Below are positions 10,024-19,164 of a DNA stretch of 64,000 nt, in pieces (positions within the stretch are counted from its first letter, which is position 1; each line of letters starts with the position of its first letter). The DNA lies in contig CAYITG010000001.1 in assembly GCA_964366415.1 (NCBI GenBank), forward strand, positions 387,203-451,202, in the 5' to 3' direction. The DNA comes from Candidatus Woesearchaeota archaeon (GTDB lineage Archaea > Nanobdellota > Nanobdellia > SCGC-AAA011-G17 > UBA489). Position numbers and translations under genes: made by a program. Below the pieces are notes generated by a model. It made no database searches, was not told the DNA's origin, and saw only the letters and a program-made list of their open reading frames with translations.

Positions 10024-11559
10024 ATGAGTTCTAAAGAAAAAGACAAAGGTGCTTTTCTTGAGGAGTTGATTGCTTTTATACAAAATAAAGGATTTGTTTG
10101 GGGACCTTTCCCTGAGATTTATGGAGGATTCTCTGGATTTTATGCGTATGGTCCTTTAGGAAAATTGCTTAAGAACAAAGTCGAAAATAGTGTTCGAAGA
10201 GTGTTCCAAAAATATGGATTTTGGGAATTGGAATGTCCTATTGTTTTACCCAATATTGTCTGGAAAGCATCAGGTCATTTAGACACCTTTGTTGACCGTG
10301 CCATTTCATGTTCGAAATGTAAGGGGATGTTTAGAGCTGATAAACTCATTGAAGAACAGTTTGATGTTGCTGCCGATAGTTTTTCTGATCAACAATTATT
10401 GAACTTTATTCAAGAAAAGAGAATTCGATGTCCTAGCTGCAAAGGGGAATTCACCTATGATATTGTCAAAGAGAATCTGATGATGCAAACCCGAGTTGGT
10501 GGCGTTGATGCGAGCTTACGTCCTGAAACTGCAACTGTTACTTACTTGCCTTTCAAGCGTTATTATGAATTCTTTAGAAAAAAACTCCCTATTGGAGTGT
10601 TTCAGATTGGAAAAGCATTCAGAAATGAGATTAGTCCACGACAACATATGACTCGCAGCAGAGAATTCACACAGGCTGAAGGGCAGCTCTTTGTTGATCC
10701 CAAAGAAAAAGGGAATTGGGAACGTTTTGATGATGTTAAGAAAGACAGATTACCATTATGGACGTGGCAAGATCAAAAAGCAGAGAAACAACCAATTATG
10801 ATGACGCTTGATGATGCGTTGAAAAAGAAGTTTATGAAACAGAGTTCATATGCTTGGTGTGTATGGCTAGCTTATCAACAATTTGTTGGTATGGGCATTC
10901 CTGTGGAGAAGATTCGCATTAGACAACATCATCCTGATGAACGCGCATTTTATGCTGATGACGCATGGGATATTGAAGTACAGACGAATAGCTTCGGATG
11001 GATGGAGATGTGCGGCGTTCATGACAGAACAGACTATGACTTAGTACAACATGAAAAATTCTCCAAACAGAATTTACAAGCAACGCGAGAAGATGGCAGC
11101 AAAGTGCATCCTCATGTCTTAGAGATTGCTTTTGGTATCGATAGGCCCGTTTTTGCACTTTTAGACTTATTTTATTCGAAGATTGAGAAAGGTGAAGGAA
11201 AGACGATCTTTAAAGTTCCTTATCACCTTGCTCCTGTTGACGTTGCCATCTTCCCTTTGATGAAAAAAGAAGGCATGCCTGAATTAGCACAGCAGATAAA
11301 AGAGAAGTTTGAGCATGTTTTTGTTGTTGAGTATGATGATGGCGGTTCTATTGGACGACGATACTTGCGGGCTGCTGAGGGTGGAACTCCTTATTGCTTG
11401 ACAGTCGATTATGATTCTTTAAAGAACAAAGATATCACTATTCGTGATCGCGACTCTGAACAACAAATTCGTGTGAAGATTGATGCTTTAGAACAGACAT
11501 TACATAAACTTTTGAATAAAGAACTTCGTTTTGAGAAAGCTGGGACATTGATTAAATAA
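10024..11559 (+). CDS. glyS: Glycine--tRNA ligase (archaeal/eukaryotic type)
   Basis: EIYGG, LRPETA, FRNEISPRQ and GSIGRRY motifs. Confidence 0.96.
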   Translation: MSSKEKDKGAFLEELIAFIQNKGFVWGPFPEIYGGFSGFYAYGPLGKLLKNKVENSVRRVFQKYGFWELECPIVLPNIVWKASGHLDTFVDRAISCSKCKGMFRADKLIEEQFDVAADSFSDQQLLNFIQEKRIRCPSCKGEFTYDIVKENLMMQTRVGGVDASLRPETATVTYLPFKRYYEFFRKKLPIGVFQIGKAFRNEISPRQHMTRSREFTQAEGQLFVDPKEKGNWERFDDVKKDRLPLWTWQDQKAEKQPIMMTLDDALKKKFMKQSSYAWCVWLAYQQFVGMGIPVEKIRIRQHHPDERAFYADDAWDIEVQTNSFGWMEMCGVHDRTDYDLVQHEKFSKQNLQATREDGSKVHPHVLEIAFGIDRPVFALLDLFYSKIEKGEGKTIFKVPYHLAPVDVAIFPLMKKEGMPELAQQIKEKFEHVFVVEYDDGGSIGRRYLRAAEGGTPYCLTVDYDSLKNKDITIRDRDSEQQIRVKIDALEQTLHKLLNKELRFEKAGTLIK

Positions 11560-11868
11560 TTATTTTGTTTCAGATCTTATCCAAGCTTCGTACTTCTCGT
11601 TAGCTTCTACTTCTATTCGCATAATGCATGGAGTTTCATATGGATGCAATTTTTCAATTTCTTCTTTTACCTTTGACCAGTTTTCTTTTCTTGTTTTGAG
11701 AAGAGAGACTATTTCGTTAGTATTCTCAATTTTACCTTTCCACCAAAATGCACTAGAGATAGGGAAGAAATTTGCGCAGGCGATAAGTTTCTTTTCAAGA
11801 AGTTTTGAGGCTATTGTTTTTGCTTTTTCAGTGCTCTCGTGCGTTACATAGATAATAATAAATGACAT
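11560..11868 (-). CDS. cutA: Divalent-cation tolerance protein CutA
   Basis: LLEKKLIACAN, WWKGKIE and LHPYETPCI motifs. Confidence 0.92.
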   Translation of the reverse strand: MSFIIIYVTHESTEKAKTIASKLLEKKLIACANFFPISSAFWWKGKIENTNEIVSLLKTRKENWSKVKEEIEKLHPYETPCIMRIEVEANEKYEAWIRSETK

Positions 11869-11962
11869 ATTAGTCGAGATCTTTGTCAATTTAAATAGTT
11901 TATTGAGCTTATTTTTCACAAGTGGTAGATTTTTAAATGGATCAAGAAGACTATAATCACAG

Positions 11963-12036
11963 GGGCCGGTAGTTCAGTTCGGTAGAACGCGTGCATGGCA
12001 TGTACGAGGCCATGGGTTCAAATCCCGTCCGGTCCA
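11963..12036 (+). tRNA. tRNA-Ala(GGC), intronless
   Basis: Acceptor GGGCCGG/CCGGTCC with G3:U70; anticodon arm CGTGC-ATGGCAT-GTACG. Confidence 0.93.
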
Positions 12037-12044
12037 CTTTTTTT

Positions 12045-12149
12045 GGGCCAGTAGTAGAACGGTTAATACGCCGCCTTCGCAAGGCGGAGACTTCGGGAAA
12101 TCTTTAACGGAGACGTTAAGATTCGAGAATTCAATTCCCGACTGGTCCA
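12045..12149 (+). tRNA. tRNA-Ala(CGC) with a 32-nt intron at 53/54 (12098-12129)
   Basis: G3:U70 acceptor and anticodon arm CCGCC-TTCGCAA-GGCGG; the T arm TCGGG-TTCAATT-CCCGA forms only after removing AAATCTTTAACGGAGACGTTAAGATTCGAGAA. Confidence 0.88.
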
Positions 12150-12150
12150 T

Positions 12151-12687
12151 TTATTTTAGCAACGCAATGTTCTTTTTCTGCACACATAATCTGAAATATT
12201 CTGATTGCTGAAAATCTCCAGGACTAATTTGAGTTGCGTGATAATCTTTGTATATTGGTAGTCCTGCAACATTGTATGATTCAGCAACCAATTCTGAGCA
12301 AATATACTTGTTTTTCGTACCTATTTCACGAGCATTTCCTCGAATGCCAAAGAGGAAATAAAAGAATAACTGAATGATCTGAAAGAGATCGTACTCTTTT
12401 CCCACTTCTTTTTTGGCATGATCAACAATCTTCTTTTGCTGTTTGCGTGATGTTCTTGTATGACGATAGATTTCAAAGTTTTTATCTTTATACTCTTCCA
12501 AGGATTTTATTTCCACACCTTCATTATTTGCTTCAATGTACTTGCCTTTTCCGATATACATTGTGGCGTGATTCCAATGTGAATCTGTTACTATACGAAT
12601 GATTCTACTGATGAGATGTTTACCATGCACGACAAACACATCTCCTGGTTGCAATTGTTTTTTTAATTGCCGAATATCATACATCAT
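12151..12687 (-). CDS. Permuted papain-like NlpC/P60 (YaeF/YiiX) family protein
   Basis: LQPGD, SHWNHATMYIG, YD and ICSELVA (His before Cys permutation). Confidence 0.85.
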   Translation of the reverse strand: MMYDIRQLKKQLQPGDVFVVHGKHLISRIIRIVTDSHWNHATMYIGKGKYIEANNEGVEIKSLEEYKDKNFEIYRHTRTSRKQQKKIVDHAKKEVGKEYDLFQIIQLFFYFLFGIRGNAREIGTKNKYICSELVAESYNVAGLPIYKDYHATQISPGDFQQSEYFRLCVQKKNIALLK

Positions 12688-12712
12688 GAGACATCTGCAT
12701 CTCTTTGTGCTC

Positions 12713-12820
12713 TTATTTTGGGGGCCACATTCTTATTAAAATATAGAAAAATAGGATTAAGACGAGAATAATTTGCCAATTTTCTCTTAACCAACTTACC
12801 AGTTTTTGTAGTGCTCTCAT
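12713..12820 (-). CDS. 35-aa single-TM micropeptide (not in ORF track)
   Basis: Manual translation MRALQKLVSWLRENWQIILVLILFFYILIRMWPPK; ATG lies 3 nt after the upstream stop. Confidence 0.55.
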   Translation of the reverse strand: MRALQKLVSWLRENWQIILVLILFFYILIRMWPPK

Positions 12821-12823
12821 TTT

Positions 12824-13018
12824 TTACTTCCTTATTCTTCTCCTCATCCAACCTATAAATGAAAGGATTGCTATGATAAATACCAATTCTAATATAAGAA
12901 TGTTGTGTATACTTGTCCCCACTTGCCAAAGATTATAATACATACCTGCCGCCGCTGCGAGCACTGTTACTAGAGCAATAACTGCAGTTGAGATAACATT
13001 AACATGTTCAGCATCCAT
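12824..13018 (-). CDS. Small two-TM membrane protein
   Basis: 64 aa with two hydrophobic helices and a basic tail. Confidence 0.6.
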   Translation of the reverse strand: MDAEHVNVISTAVIALVTVLAAAAGMYYNLWQVGTSIHNILILELVFIIAILSFIGWMRRRIRK

Positions 13019-13149
13019 GTTGCCATTGCATACTCATCCCTTTAAGTTTCTTCATTTTGAGAAGCCGTGTTTCTTTTGGAATATTTAGACTTTATACTAA
13101 AAGTTCATATTTATTTTTGTATTATCTTTGCAATTCTGAAAATATTTTT

Positions 13150-13704
13150 CTACATTAAAGCACGCGCAATAAGACCGATGATCAAAATACCCAGGAAATT
13201 AAAAATGTATGAAGCAACCATAAATGGTTTAAGATCCATTTTTGAGAATCCCATCAGGCCTATGGCTAATTCATCTGGCAAGGGAGAAGCAATGATTAAA
13301 CCGCCTACGATAAAAGGCAACCATTTGAAATGAGCCTTAAATGCATGTTTTATTTTTTCTTTCTTTCCTTTTTTCTTTGTTAATTCCACCATATGATCGG
13401 ACAATCTGTCTCGGAAGAAGAGGAATATAAGAGTATCAACCATCACTGCCCCTAAAGCTCCAATAAGAGCTGTTGCTATCGGTGAGAATGCCTGTGCAAT
13501 TTCTCCTAATGCCATCATGGCTGGAGCTGTTGTAAAGAGAGAAGTAAAAAACATTCCCCCCATAAAACTACCTAGTATTTCCATCTCTTTCGTTGATGTT
13601 AGAGTATATTGCAAAACCTGTGTTTTAAGAAGGATTAATGCAAATGCGATACTCATACCTATAATAAAGAAATCATCGATGAGTTTTCTTATCTCGTTTG
13701 TCAT
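13150..13704 (-). CDS. DedA/VTT-like integral membrane protein
   Basis: Multi-TM; GMFFTSLFTTAPA, GALGAVMVD and IIASPLPDELAIGLMG segments. Confidence 0.7.
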   Translation of the reverse strand: MTNEIRKLIDDFFIIGMSIAFALILLKTQVLQYTLTSTKEMEILGSFMGGMFFTSLFTTAPAMMALGEIAQAFSPIATALIGALGAVMVDTLIFLFFRDRLSDHMVELTKKKGKKEKIKHAFKAHFKWLPFIVGGLIIASPLPDELAIGLMGFSKMDLKPFMVASYIFNFLGILIIGLIARALM

Positions 13705-13789
13705 TCTCTTTTCCTTGTTTAGGATTATGATCAAATTTATAAATTCTTGGATAGGAAACCTTAAAAGATATGAATAATCTTGTGTTTGA

Positions 13790-13900
13790 ATGGGAAGGAA
13801 ATCAAAACGACGACGCTTCTTATTTTCGCATAAAAAGCGGATGACCGGTATTAAGGGAAAACAACGCGAAGGACGACGTGGTCGTTTTAAACGACGATGA
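13790..13900 (+). CDS. 36-aa extremely basic peptide (not in ORF track)
   Basis: Manual translation MGRKSKRRRFLFSHKKRMTGIKGKQREGRRGRFKRR; BRE/TATA-like element about 25 nt upstream; ATGA overlap with the HIT gene. Confidence 0.65.
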   Translation: MGRKSKRRRFLFSHKKRMTGIKGKQREGRRGRFKRR

Positions 13901-14355
13901 ATGATTGTATCTTTTGTAACATCGTACGAGGAGAAGCTCCTTGCCACAAGATATGGGAAGATGACAAACATCTCGCATTTCTTTCTATTTTTCCCAATAC
14001 TGATGGTTTTTCTGTTGTGATTACGAAAGAACATTATTCGAGTTATGCTTTTGACTTGTCTGACGCTGTGTTGAAAGACCTTATTTGCGCAGCTAAAAAA
14101 GTTGGAAAGCTTATTGATAAGAATCTACCTGATGTCGGAAGAACAGGCTTAATTTTTGAAGGATTTGGCGTCGACCATATTCATGCCAAGCTCTTTCCTA
14201 TGCACGGCACAGCAGACATGAAAACATGGAAACCATTGCATTCTCGACAGGACAAATTTTTCACCGTTTATGAAGGGTACATCTCTTCGCATGATTGTTC
14301 TCGCGCTGATGACGCAACACTTGCTGCTTTGGCTAGGAAGATTCGTGGGAATTAA
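13897..14355 (+). CDS. HIT family hydrolase
   Basis: DCIFCNIVRGEAP and VDHIHAKL (variant histidine triad). Confidence 0.88.
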   Translation: MNDCIFCNIVRGEAPCHKIWEDDKHLAFLSIFPNTDGFSVVITKEHYSSYAFDLSDAVLKDLICAAKKVGKLIDKNLPDVGRTGLIFEGFGVDHIHAKLFPMHGTADMKTWKPLHSRQDKFFTVYEGYISSHDCSRADDATLAALARKIRGN

Positions 14356-14402
14356 ACGTCTCTTAGAAAATCTTTTATAGGGCCTTAAACTCGATTTCTT
14401 GT

Positions 14403-14477
14403 GCCTTCGTAGCTTAGCCCGGCTAGAGCAATGGTTTCATAAGCCATGGATCGGGTGTTCAAATCACCCCGAAGGCA
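14403..14477 (+). tRNA. tRNA-Met(CAT), probably elongator
   Basis: Acceptor GCCTTCG/CGAAGGC; anticodon arm ATGGT-TTCATAA-GCCAT; lacks the initiator A1:U72 pair and 3GC anticodon stem. Confidence 0.88.
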
Positions 14478-14482
14478 TTCTC

Positions 14483-16165
14483 TTAATAGGGAATACCTGG
14501 CAGCGCCAAAAAGCGCAGATGCTGGCTGCGCAACATTCTGATTCTTTTTTTTGTAAAGACTTTGAGCATGTCTGATATTTTTTCTCCGCTTAAAATATGC
14601 GGGATGATAACATAATCTGCTCCTTCCTTGTATAACTCTATGGCTTTCTTTGTTGTATTTGCCGTGGTGATAATCATAATGTTTCTGTCCATTTCTCTAA
14701 ATATTTTTGTGATAAGGGCATTATCTTCGAACTGACTAATTGTTGAAATGATAATCTTTGGTTTGTGTTGCTTTAAGGCATGCAAGATCTCTGGATCTGC
14801 AACATCTCCATAGAGACAAGGAATGTTTTTTCGCACTAAATCCTTGATGACTGTTGGATTGTAATCCACTACCAACACTTTGCTCTTTTTCTTGAGAAGA
14901 TTTTTTAAAATACTATACCCCATGCGATGCTGCCCTAAAAGAATGATCTCATATTTATTTGATTTTTTGTGCAAAGACATTTTTTCTTCGAGAATGCTTT
15001 TTCTTTCAAATATTTTCAGATAAGGGGCGAATATTGAGAAGAGTTTTTCGTTGTATGTAATCATGTAGGTAGAAAACGTAATGGTGATGATCCCTACTGC
15101 AGAAATCATGGACACAATATCTCCTGAAAAATGACCGAGTTCTTTTCCCATGGCTGCTAAGATCAGACTAAACTCGCTTATCTGAGCAACTGTTAATCCG
15201 CAGAGAAAACCTGTTCTGCTCTTGAATCCCATGACTCCCATGATGATCATTAAAATGAGAGGATTACCGATCAAAACGAATAATGAGATGATAATGATGG
15301 CTGGCAGCTGATGCTCTAGGTTTGTGAAGACCAGTGATGATCCCATGATAACAAAAAAGAGAATCATAAAAAAATCACGCAAAGGTTTGACTTTGTTTGA
15401 AATTTCTGTACTATAAGGAATTGAAGCAAGTGTCACTCCTGCAAGGAATGCCCCTATTTCAAGAGTAAATCCAAGAAGCTGCGCGAACATGGCAAGAGCA
15501 AAACACCATGAAATAGCTGAGAGAAAAAGAATTTCCTGTGAACGAGCTGCTCTTTCAAAGAATTTTGTCAAGAAGAGCTTGTTTGCCAAGAATGCTACCA
15601 AACATAGTGCAATAGCAGACAATACTGCTGAGCCAATTCCTGTTGTTAATTTTCCGTTGCTAAAGGTACTTAAAAAAATGAGGAGCAAAATAGCAAGAGC
15701 GTCTTGAATCAAGAGAAATCCCAGAGAGATTTTTCCATATAACGTATCGAGATCATTTTTATCTGAGAGCAATTTAACAATGATGATCGTGCTGCTGAAT
15801 GCAAATGCGATGCCCATATATGCTGATTCTAGAGAACTAAATCCAAAATATTTGATGACAAAATATCCAATGATTGTTGTGAATAAAACCTGACCCATTC
15901 CCGTGTAAAAAGAAACTTTACCTACCTCGCGAAGAATTTTGACGTTCAAACTTAAACCCACGACGAACAATAGAAAAGCAATTCCTATCTTCGAAAAGAT
16001 ATCAAGAATTTCTGAAGTGGTGATAATGTTTAGTACTAATGGCCCGAGAATGACGCCGGTGAAAATATAGGCAACCATGGGCGGCTGCTTGAATAAACGG
16101 AATATAAGAGCAAGAATGGTTGTTGCAATAATGATGATGCCTACTTCAAGAAAAATATACTCCAT
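14483..16165 (-). CDS. Cation:proton antiporter (CPA2/Kef type) with TrkA-N domain
   Basis: About 12 TM helices, FSSTIIIVKLL, AQISEFS and C-terminal YGDVADPEIL. Confidence 0.9.
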   Translation of the reverse strand: MEYIFLEVGIIIIATTILALIFRLFKQPPMVAYIFTGVILGPLVLNIITTSEILDIFSKIGIAFLLFVVGLSLNVKILREVGKVSFYTGMGQVLFTTIIGYFVIKYFGFSSLESAYMGIAFAFSSTIIIVKLLSDKNDLDTLYGKISLGFLLIQDALAILLLIFLSTFSNGKLTTGIGSAVLSAIALCLVAFLANKLFLTKFFERAARSQEILFLSAISWCFALAMFAQLLGFTLEIGAFLAGVTLASIPYSTEISNKVKPLRDFFMILFFVIMGSSLVFTNLEHQLPAIIIISLFVLIGNPLILMIIMGVMGFKSRTGFLCGLTVAQISEFSLILAAMGKELGHFSGDIVSMISAVGIITITFSTYMITYNEKLFSIFAPYLKIFERKSILEEKMSLHKKSNKYEIILLGQHRMGYSILKNLLKKKSKVLVVDYNPTVIKDLVRKNIPCLYGDVADPEILHALKQHKPKIIISTISQFEDNALITKIFREMDRNIMIITTANTTKKAIELYKEGADYVIIPHILSGEKISDMLKVFTKKRIRMLRSQHLRFLALPGIPY

Positions 16166-16219
16166 TTGTCACCTCTATGACGAAGATATGGGTTTGATAA
16201 TTTAAAAGGTTTGTTATTT

Positions 16220-16556
16220 TTACTTTCGCATCAAGGTAATCTCTATTGTGGAGACGCGCACTTGTCTTCCTTCGTCGTTCTTGAACTCTTCGCTGTTGAT
16301 ATTGATGTCTTTTACATTGATTTGATTTTCCAGAAAACGCTTGAGCGCTACTTCTGTGACATCTACTGCTTTGCTGATGAATTTTCCTCTTGCCTTGACC
16401 ACGATTTCAGGTGCTTGTTGGGTTGTGAATTGCATAACGACGCCAGTCACGTACTCTGAGAAAAAAGCTAGAGCTTTATTTTCTATTCATAAACGGCTTG
16501 GCGCCAATAAAAATGGTGTGGTCATCTTTTCTTGTTGTCTCTTGATTCTCTGTCAT
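16220..16556 (-). CDS. albA: DNA/RNA-binding protein Alba, split by a 31-nt intron: exon1 16556-16485, exon2 16453-16220 (101 aa spliced)
   Basis: Spliced product MTENQETTRKDDHTIFIGAKPFMN|YVTGVVMQF...VKARGKFISKAVDV...VSTIEITLMRK; AGGAGG RBS before the ATG. Confidence 0.9.
16454..16484 (-). other. Putative BHB-like mRNA intron in alba
   Basis: AGAAAATAAAGCTCTAGCTTTTTTCTCAGAG: internal hairpin, in-frame TAA, 31 nt (frameshifting); motif ATGA-AT^A...TCAG-AG^T. Confidence 0.75.
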
Positions 16557-16620
16557 TTTTTCCTCCTTGTCGTAGATAGATCTTACAAGAGGACGATTTA
16601 TTTAAACTTTATGTTCAGAA

Positions 16621-16812
16621 CTAGTATTTCTTTTGTTTGACGAGACGTGTGACGTAGCCAGCGACGATATTACGAAGCTTTTTGTTTGGTTCTACCAAGA
16701 GTTCTTGGACAAGACCTTTATTGTGGTTGAAATCTCCAGAGAAGCGCTCTTTATGCTTTGTATAGAGCTTTCTGCCTGTTCTTTTGATGAGTTGTGTTTT
16801 AATACGCCCCAT
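16621..16812 (-). CDS. rps17e: 30S ribosomal protein S17e
   Basis: MGRIK, FSGDFNHNK and KKLRNIVAGYVT motifs. Confidence 0.95.
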   Translation of the reverse strand: MGRIKTQLIKRTGRKLYTKHKERFSGDFNHNKGLVQELLVEPNKKLRNIVAGYVTRLVKQKKY

Positions 16813-16837
16813 AGAATGATGGTTTTTAGGGCCCTAT

Positions 16838-17890
16838 TTAAGCTTTTCTTTTAGCTTCTAGAATATAGATTGAACGTTCTATTTTGGAATGTCTTTTTTC
16901 ATATTCTAAAGGTAATTTGATGCTAGGTAAAGGAGAGACTATTTCAAAGCCTGTTTTTTGAAGGATTTCATTGATTGGTAAGGTGAAGGTTTTCATATAG
17001 GTTCTGATTCTTGGTAAAAGAATAACAACTTTTCCTTTGATTTTTGGATGGAGAGCTGTAAAGAAATTTGTGTAGAGAGGAATCAATTCTTTGATTGTTC
17101 GTTGCGCTTCTTGTTCTGAAGGAAGCTTCTTGTAGTATGGACCCATATACGGTTCGGTGACGATTGCTTCTACAGATTGCATTTGAGAAAGTACTTTTGT
17201 TACATCTCCTTGGAGAAACTTTGTCTTGTTTCTGTAGTTCTTACCTAACCATTCAATGTTTTTTCGTGCATCGTCAATGAACAAGTCAATCCCAATGACG
17301 CGATAACCCATGAGCAGAGCTTCTTGTAAGATTGTTCCTGTGCCACAGAATGGATCAGTTATTTCGTTCTTTGCTTCTGACAGGTTGATTAAGATTTTTG
17401 CTAATCTGATAGAGATGACTTTCTTAGGATCGAATGATGGACGTTTTTCATCTCGTTCTCGGTATTCTTTTGGATTGGAGATGGATGTGACTTTGTACAA
17501 GATGTTTCTGAAGACGATGAGATCGAAATCTAAATTCTTTGCCTTTGAAGGAGGAATATCTCGCATTTGAGCGAACTTTTGCAATGCTTTGACGTTTTGT
17601 TCTTTCCAGAATGCTCTTAATTCATCGAGAATGTTCTTGGAATCTATTAATGTTAACGAGAAGGTTATTTTGTTGGATGATGGGATTAATTGCTTTATAG
17701 ATGTTGGTTCTGCTATCTTGATAATGCCGCCTAATTCTTCAACATTAATGGGTTTGTTTGTTGTTATGTGTGCTAATAATTTAGTTTGATTCAATAAGGT
17801 GTATTCGATGTTCTTTCTGTTGCAGTATGCTATTAATTCTAGGAGACTAAGCTTAGGATCACGACCAAGCATACAGAGGTAGGTTTTCAT
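16838..17890 (-). CDS. SAM-dependent RNA methyltransferase (Trm11/TrmG10-like)
   Basis: LAKILINL, DPFCGTGTILQEA and TEPYMG motifs. Confidence 0.75.
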   Translation of the reverse strand: MKTYLCMLGRDPKLSLLELIAYCNRKNIEYTLLNQTKLLAHITTNKPINVEELGGIIKIAEPTSIKQLIPSSNKITFSLTLIDSKNILDELRAFWKEQNVKALQKFAQMRDIPPSKAKNLDFDLIVFRNILYKVTSISNPKEYRERDEKRPSFDPKKVISIRLAKILINLSEAKNEITDPFCGTGTILQEALLMGYRVIGIDLFIDDARKNIEWLGKNYRNKTKFLQGDVTKVLSQMQSVEAIVTEPYMGPYYKKLPSEQEAQRTIKELIPLYTNFFTALHPKIKGKVVILLPRIRTYMKTFTLPINEILQKTGFEIVSPLPSIKLPLEYEKRHSKIERSIYILEAKRKA

Positions 17891-17982
17891 TACTTATATG
17901 ACAAAAATTACCTCTCTTAAACTTATTGTTGAAGATGCCTTACGAAGACAAGAAATATAAACTCTTTATACAGTCTTTATTT

Positions 17983-18987
17983 ATGGCAAAGAATAAGTAT
18001 TTAGCCATTGTTGGCATTCTTATTGCCCTATCCCTCTTTTTTATTATATTCTGGGAGCAACCTGTTGAAGAGGCAATTTCTCTTCCAGAACAGATTATAT
18101 TGCCTGATAATATTCCTGTTAAACAACCCCCACTTATTTTAATACCTGACTCTCGTAATTATAGAATACAAGTATTTAATGACACTAATAATACTTATCA
18201 ATTTGTTTCTATGTTTGGTAGTTTTGGTAATGAAGAAGGAAAATTAAAACAACCTGTAGACATTGACCAAGAAGATGGCAAAATTTTTGTATTAGATAGA
18301 GAACGAGAAGAGATTATTGTATTTAATGAAACATATGATTTTCTTTATAGTTTTGGAAAACCTTATCTTGACATAGCATTCGGGTTTGATATCTTTAATG
18401 GAAAAATTTATGTTGCTAACTCATATTCTTCTAAGATTGATGTTTTTACTTTAGATGGAAAACCTCTTTATTCTTTTGGTCAACATGGAGATAAAGAGGG
18501 AGAATTTAAAATCCCTTATGATATTATGGTAGATAAGGATTTCTTATATGTTGCTGATGCTGGAAATGCGAGAATACAAAAACTTACTCACAATGGCACA
18601 TTTGTCAAAGCTTGGGGAAGATACTCTCGAGATGATGAAGGATTTAAACAACCGGCCAGTATTGGTAAATTGGATGCTATTTTATTTGTTGCAGATATGG
18701 CAAATTCTAGAATAAAGATGTACGATGAAGATGGCACCCTCATTAAGATTATTGGGAGCTATGGACGCGGTGAAGAGCAATATAAACAACCAAGTAAAAT
18801 TTGGGTAATTGATCAAAGGGTTTATGTTGCAGACACAGCTAACCATCGGATAAAGGTATTAGACTCACAAGGTAATCTTATTACTATTTTTGGCGGATAT
18901 GGGCGTGGAACAGGGCAGTTTCGTACTCCTGGAATCATGATGCCAAGACTTGGAATTTCTAGTCTTTCTCTTTCAAGCAGTGTTTAG
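17983..18987 (+). CDS. Membrane-anchored NHL-repeat beta-propeller protein
   Basis: N-terminal TM plus repeated GxxxGEFKxPxxI...YVADxxNxRI units. Confidence 0.88.
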   Translation: MAKNKYLAIVGILIALSLFFIIFWEQPVEEAISLPEQIILPDNIPVKQPPLILIPDSRNYRIQVFNDTNNTYQFVSMFGSFGNEEGKLKQPVDIDQEDGKIFVLDREREEIIVFNETYDFLYSFGKPYLDIAFGFDIFNGKIYVANSYSSKIDVFTLDGKPLYSFGQHGDKEGEFKIPYDIMVDKDFLYVADAGNARIQKLTHNGTFVKAWGRYSRDDEGFKQPASIGKLDAILFVADMANSRIKMYDEDGTLIKIIGSYGRGEEQYKQPSKIWVIDQRVYVADTANHRIKVLDSQGNLITIFGGYGRGTGQFRTPGIMMPRLGISSLSLSSSV

Positions 18988-19164
18988 ATACGATCTTAGT
19001 ACCTCTCAAAAGTGGCTCTAATAGGCTTAAAAACACTGTTTTTGACGGTTTTAAGGGAAAAGTTTATAAAGGAGAACGTGCACGCCATCATCAATTCAAC
19101 GACTAGAGCCTTAACTGAGGCTGTTTTCGTGAATTATAATTATTAAAACAGTGAGGTGGAAGAA

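Noticed and set aside
12684..12929. 81-aa ORF or frameshift upstream of the NlpC/P60 gene
   Set aside because: Better explained by two short TM ORFs (12824-13018 and 12713-12820) in other frames.
16220..16450. ORF-track 76-aa Alba starting at GTG as the complete gene
   Set aside because: It lacks the first beta strand and the KP motif, which are present upstream with an RBS in another frame.
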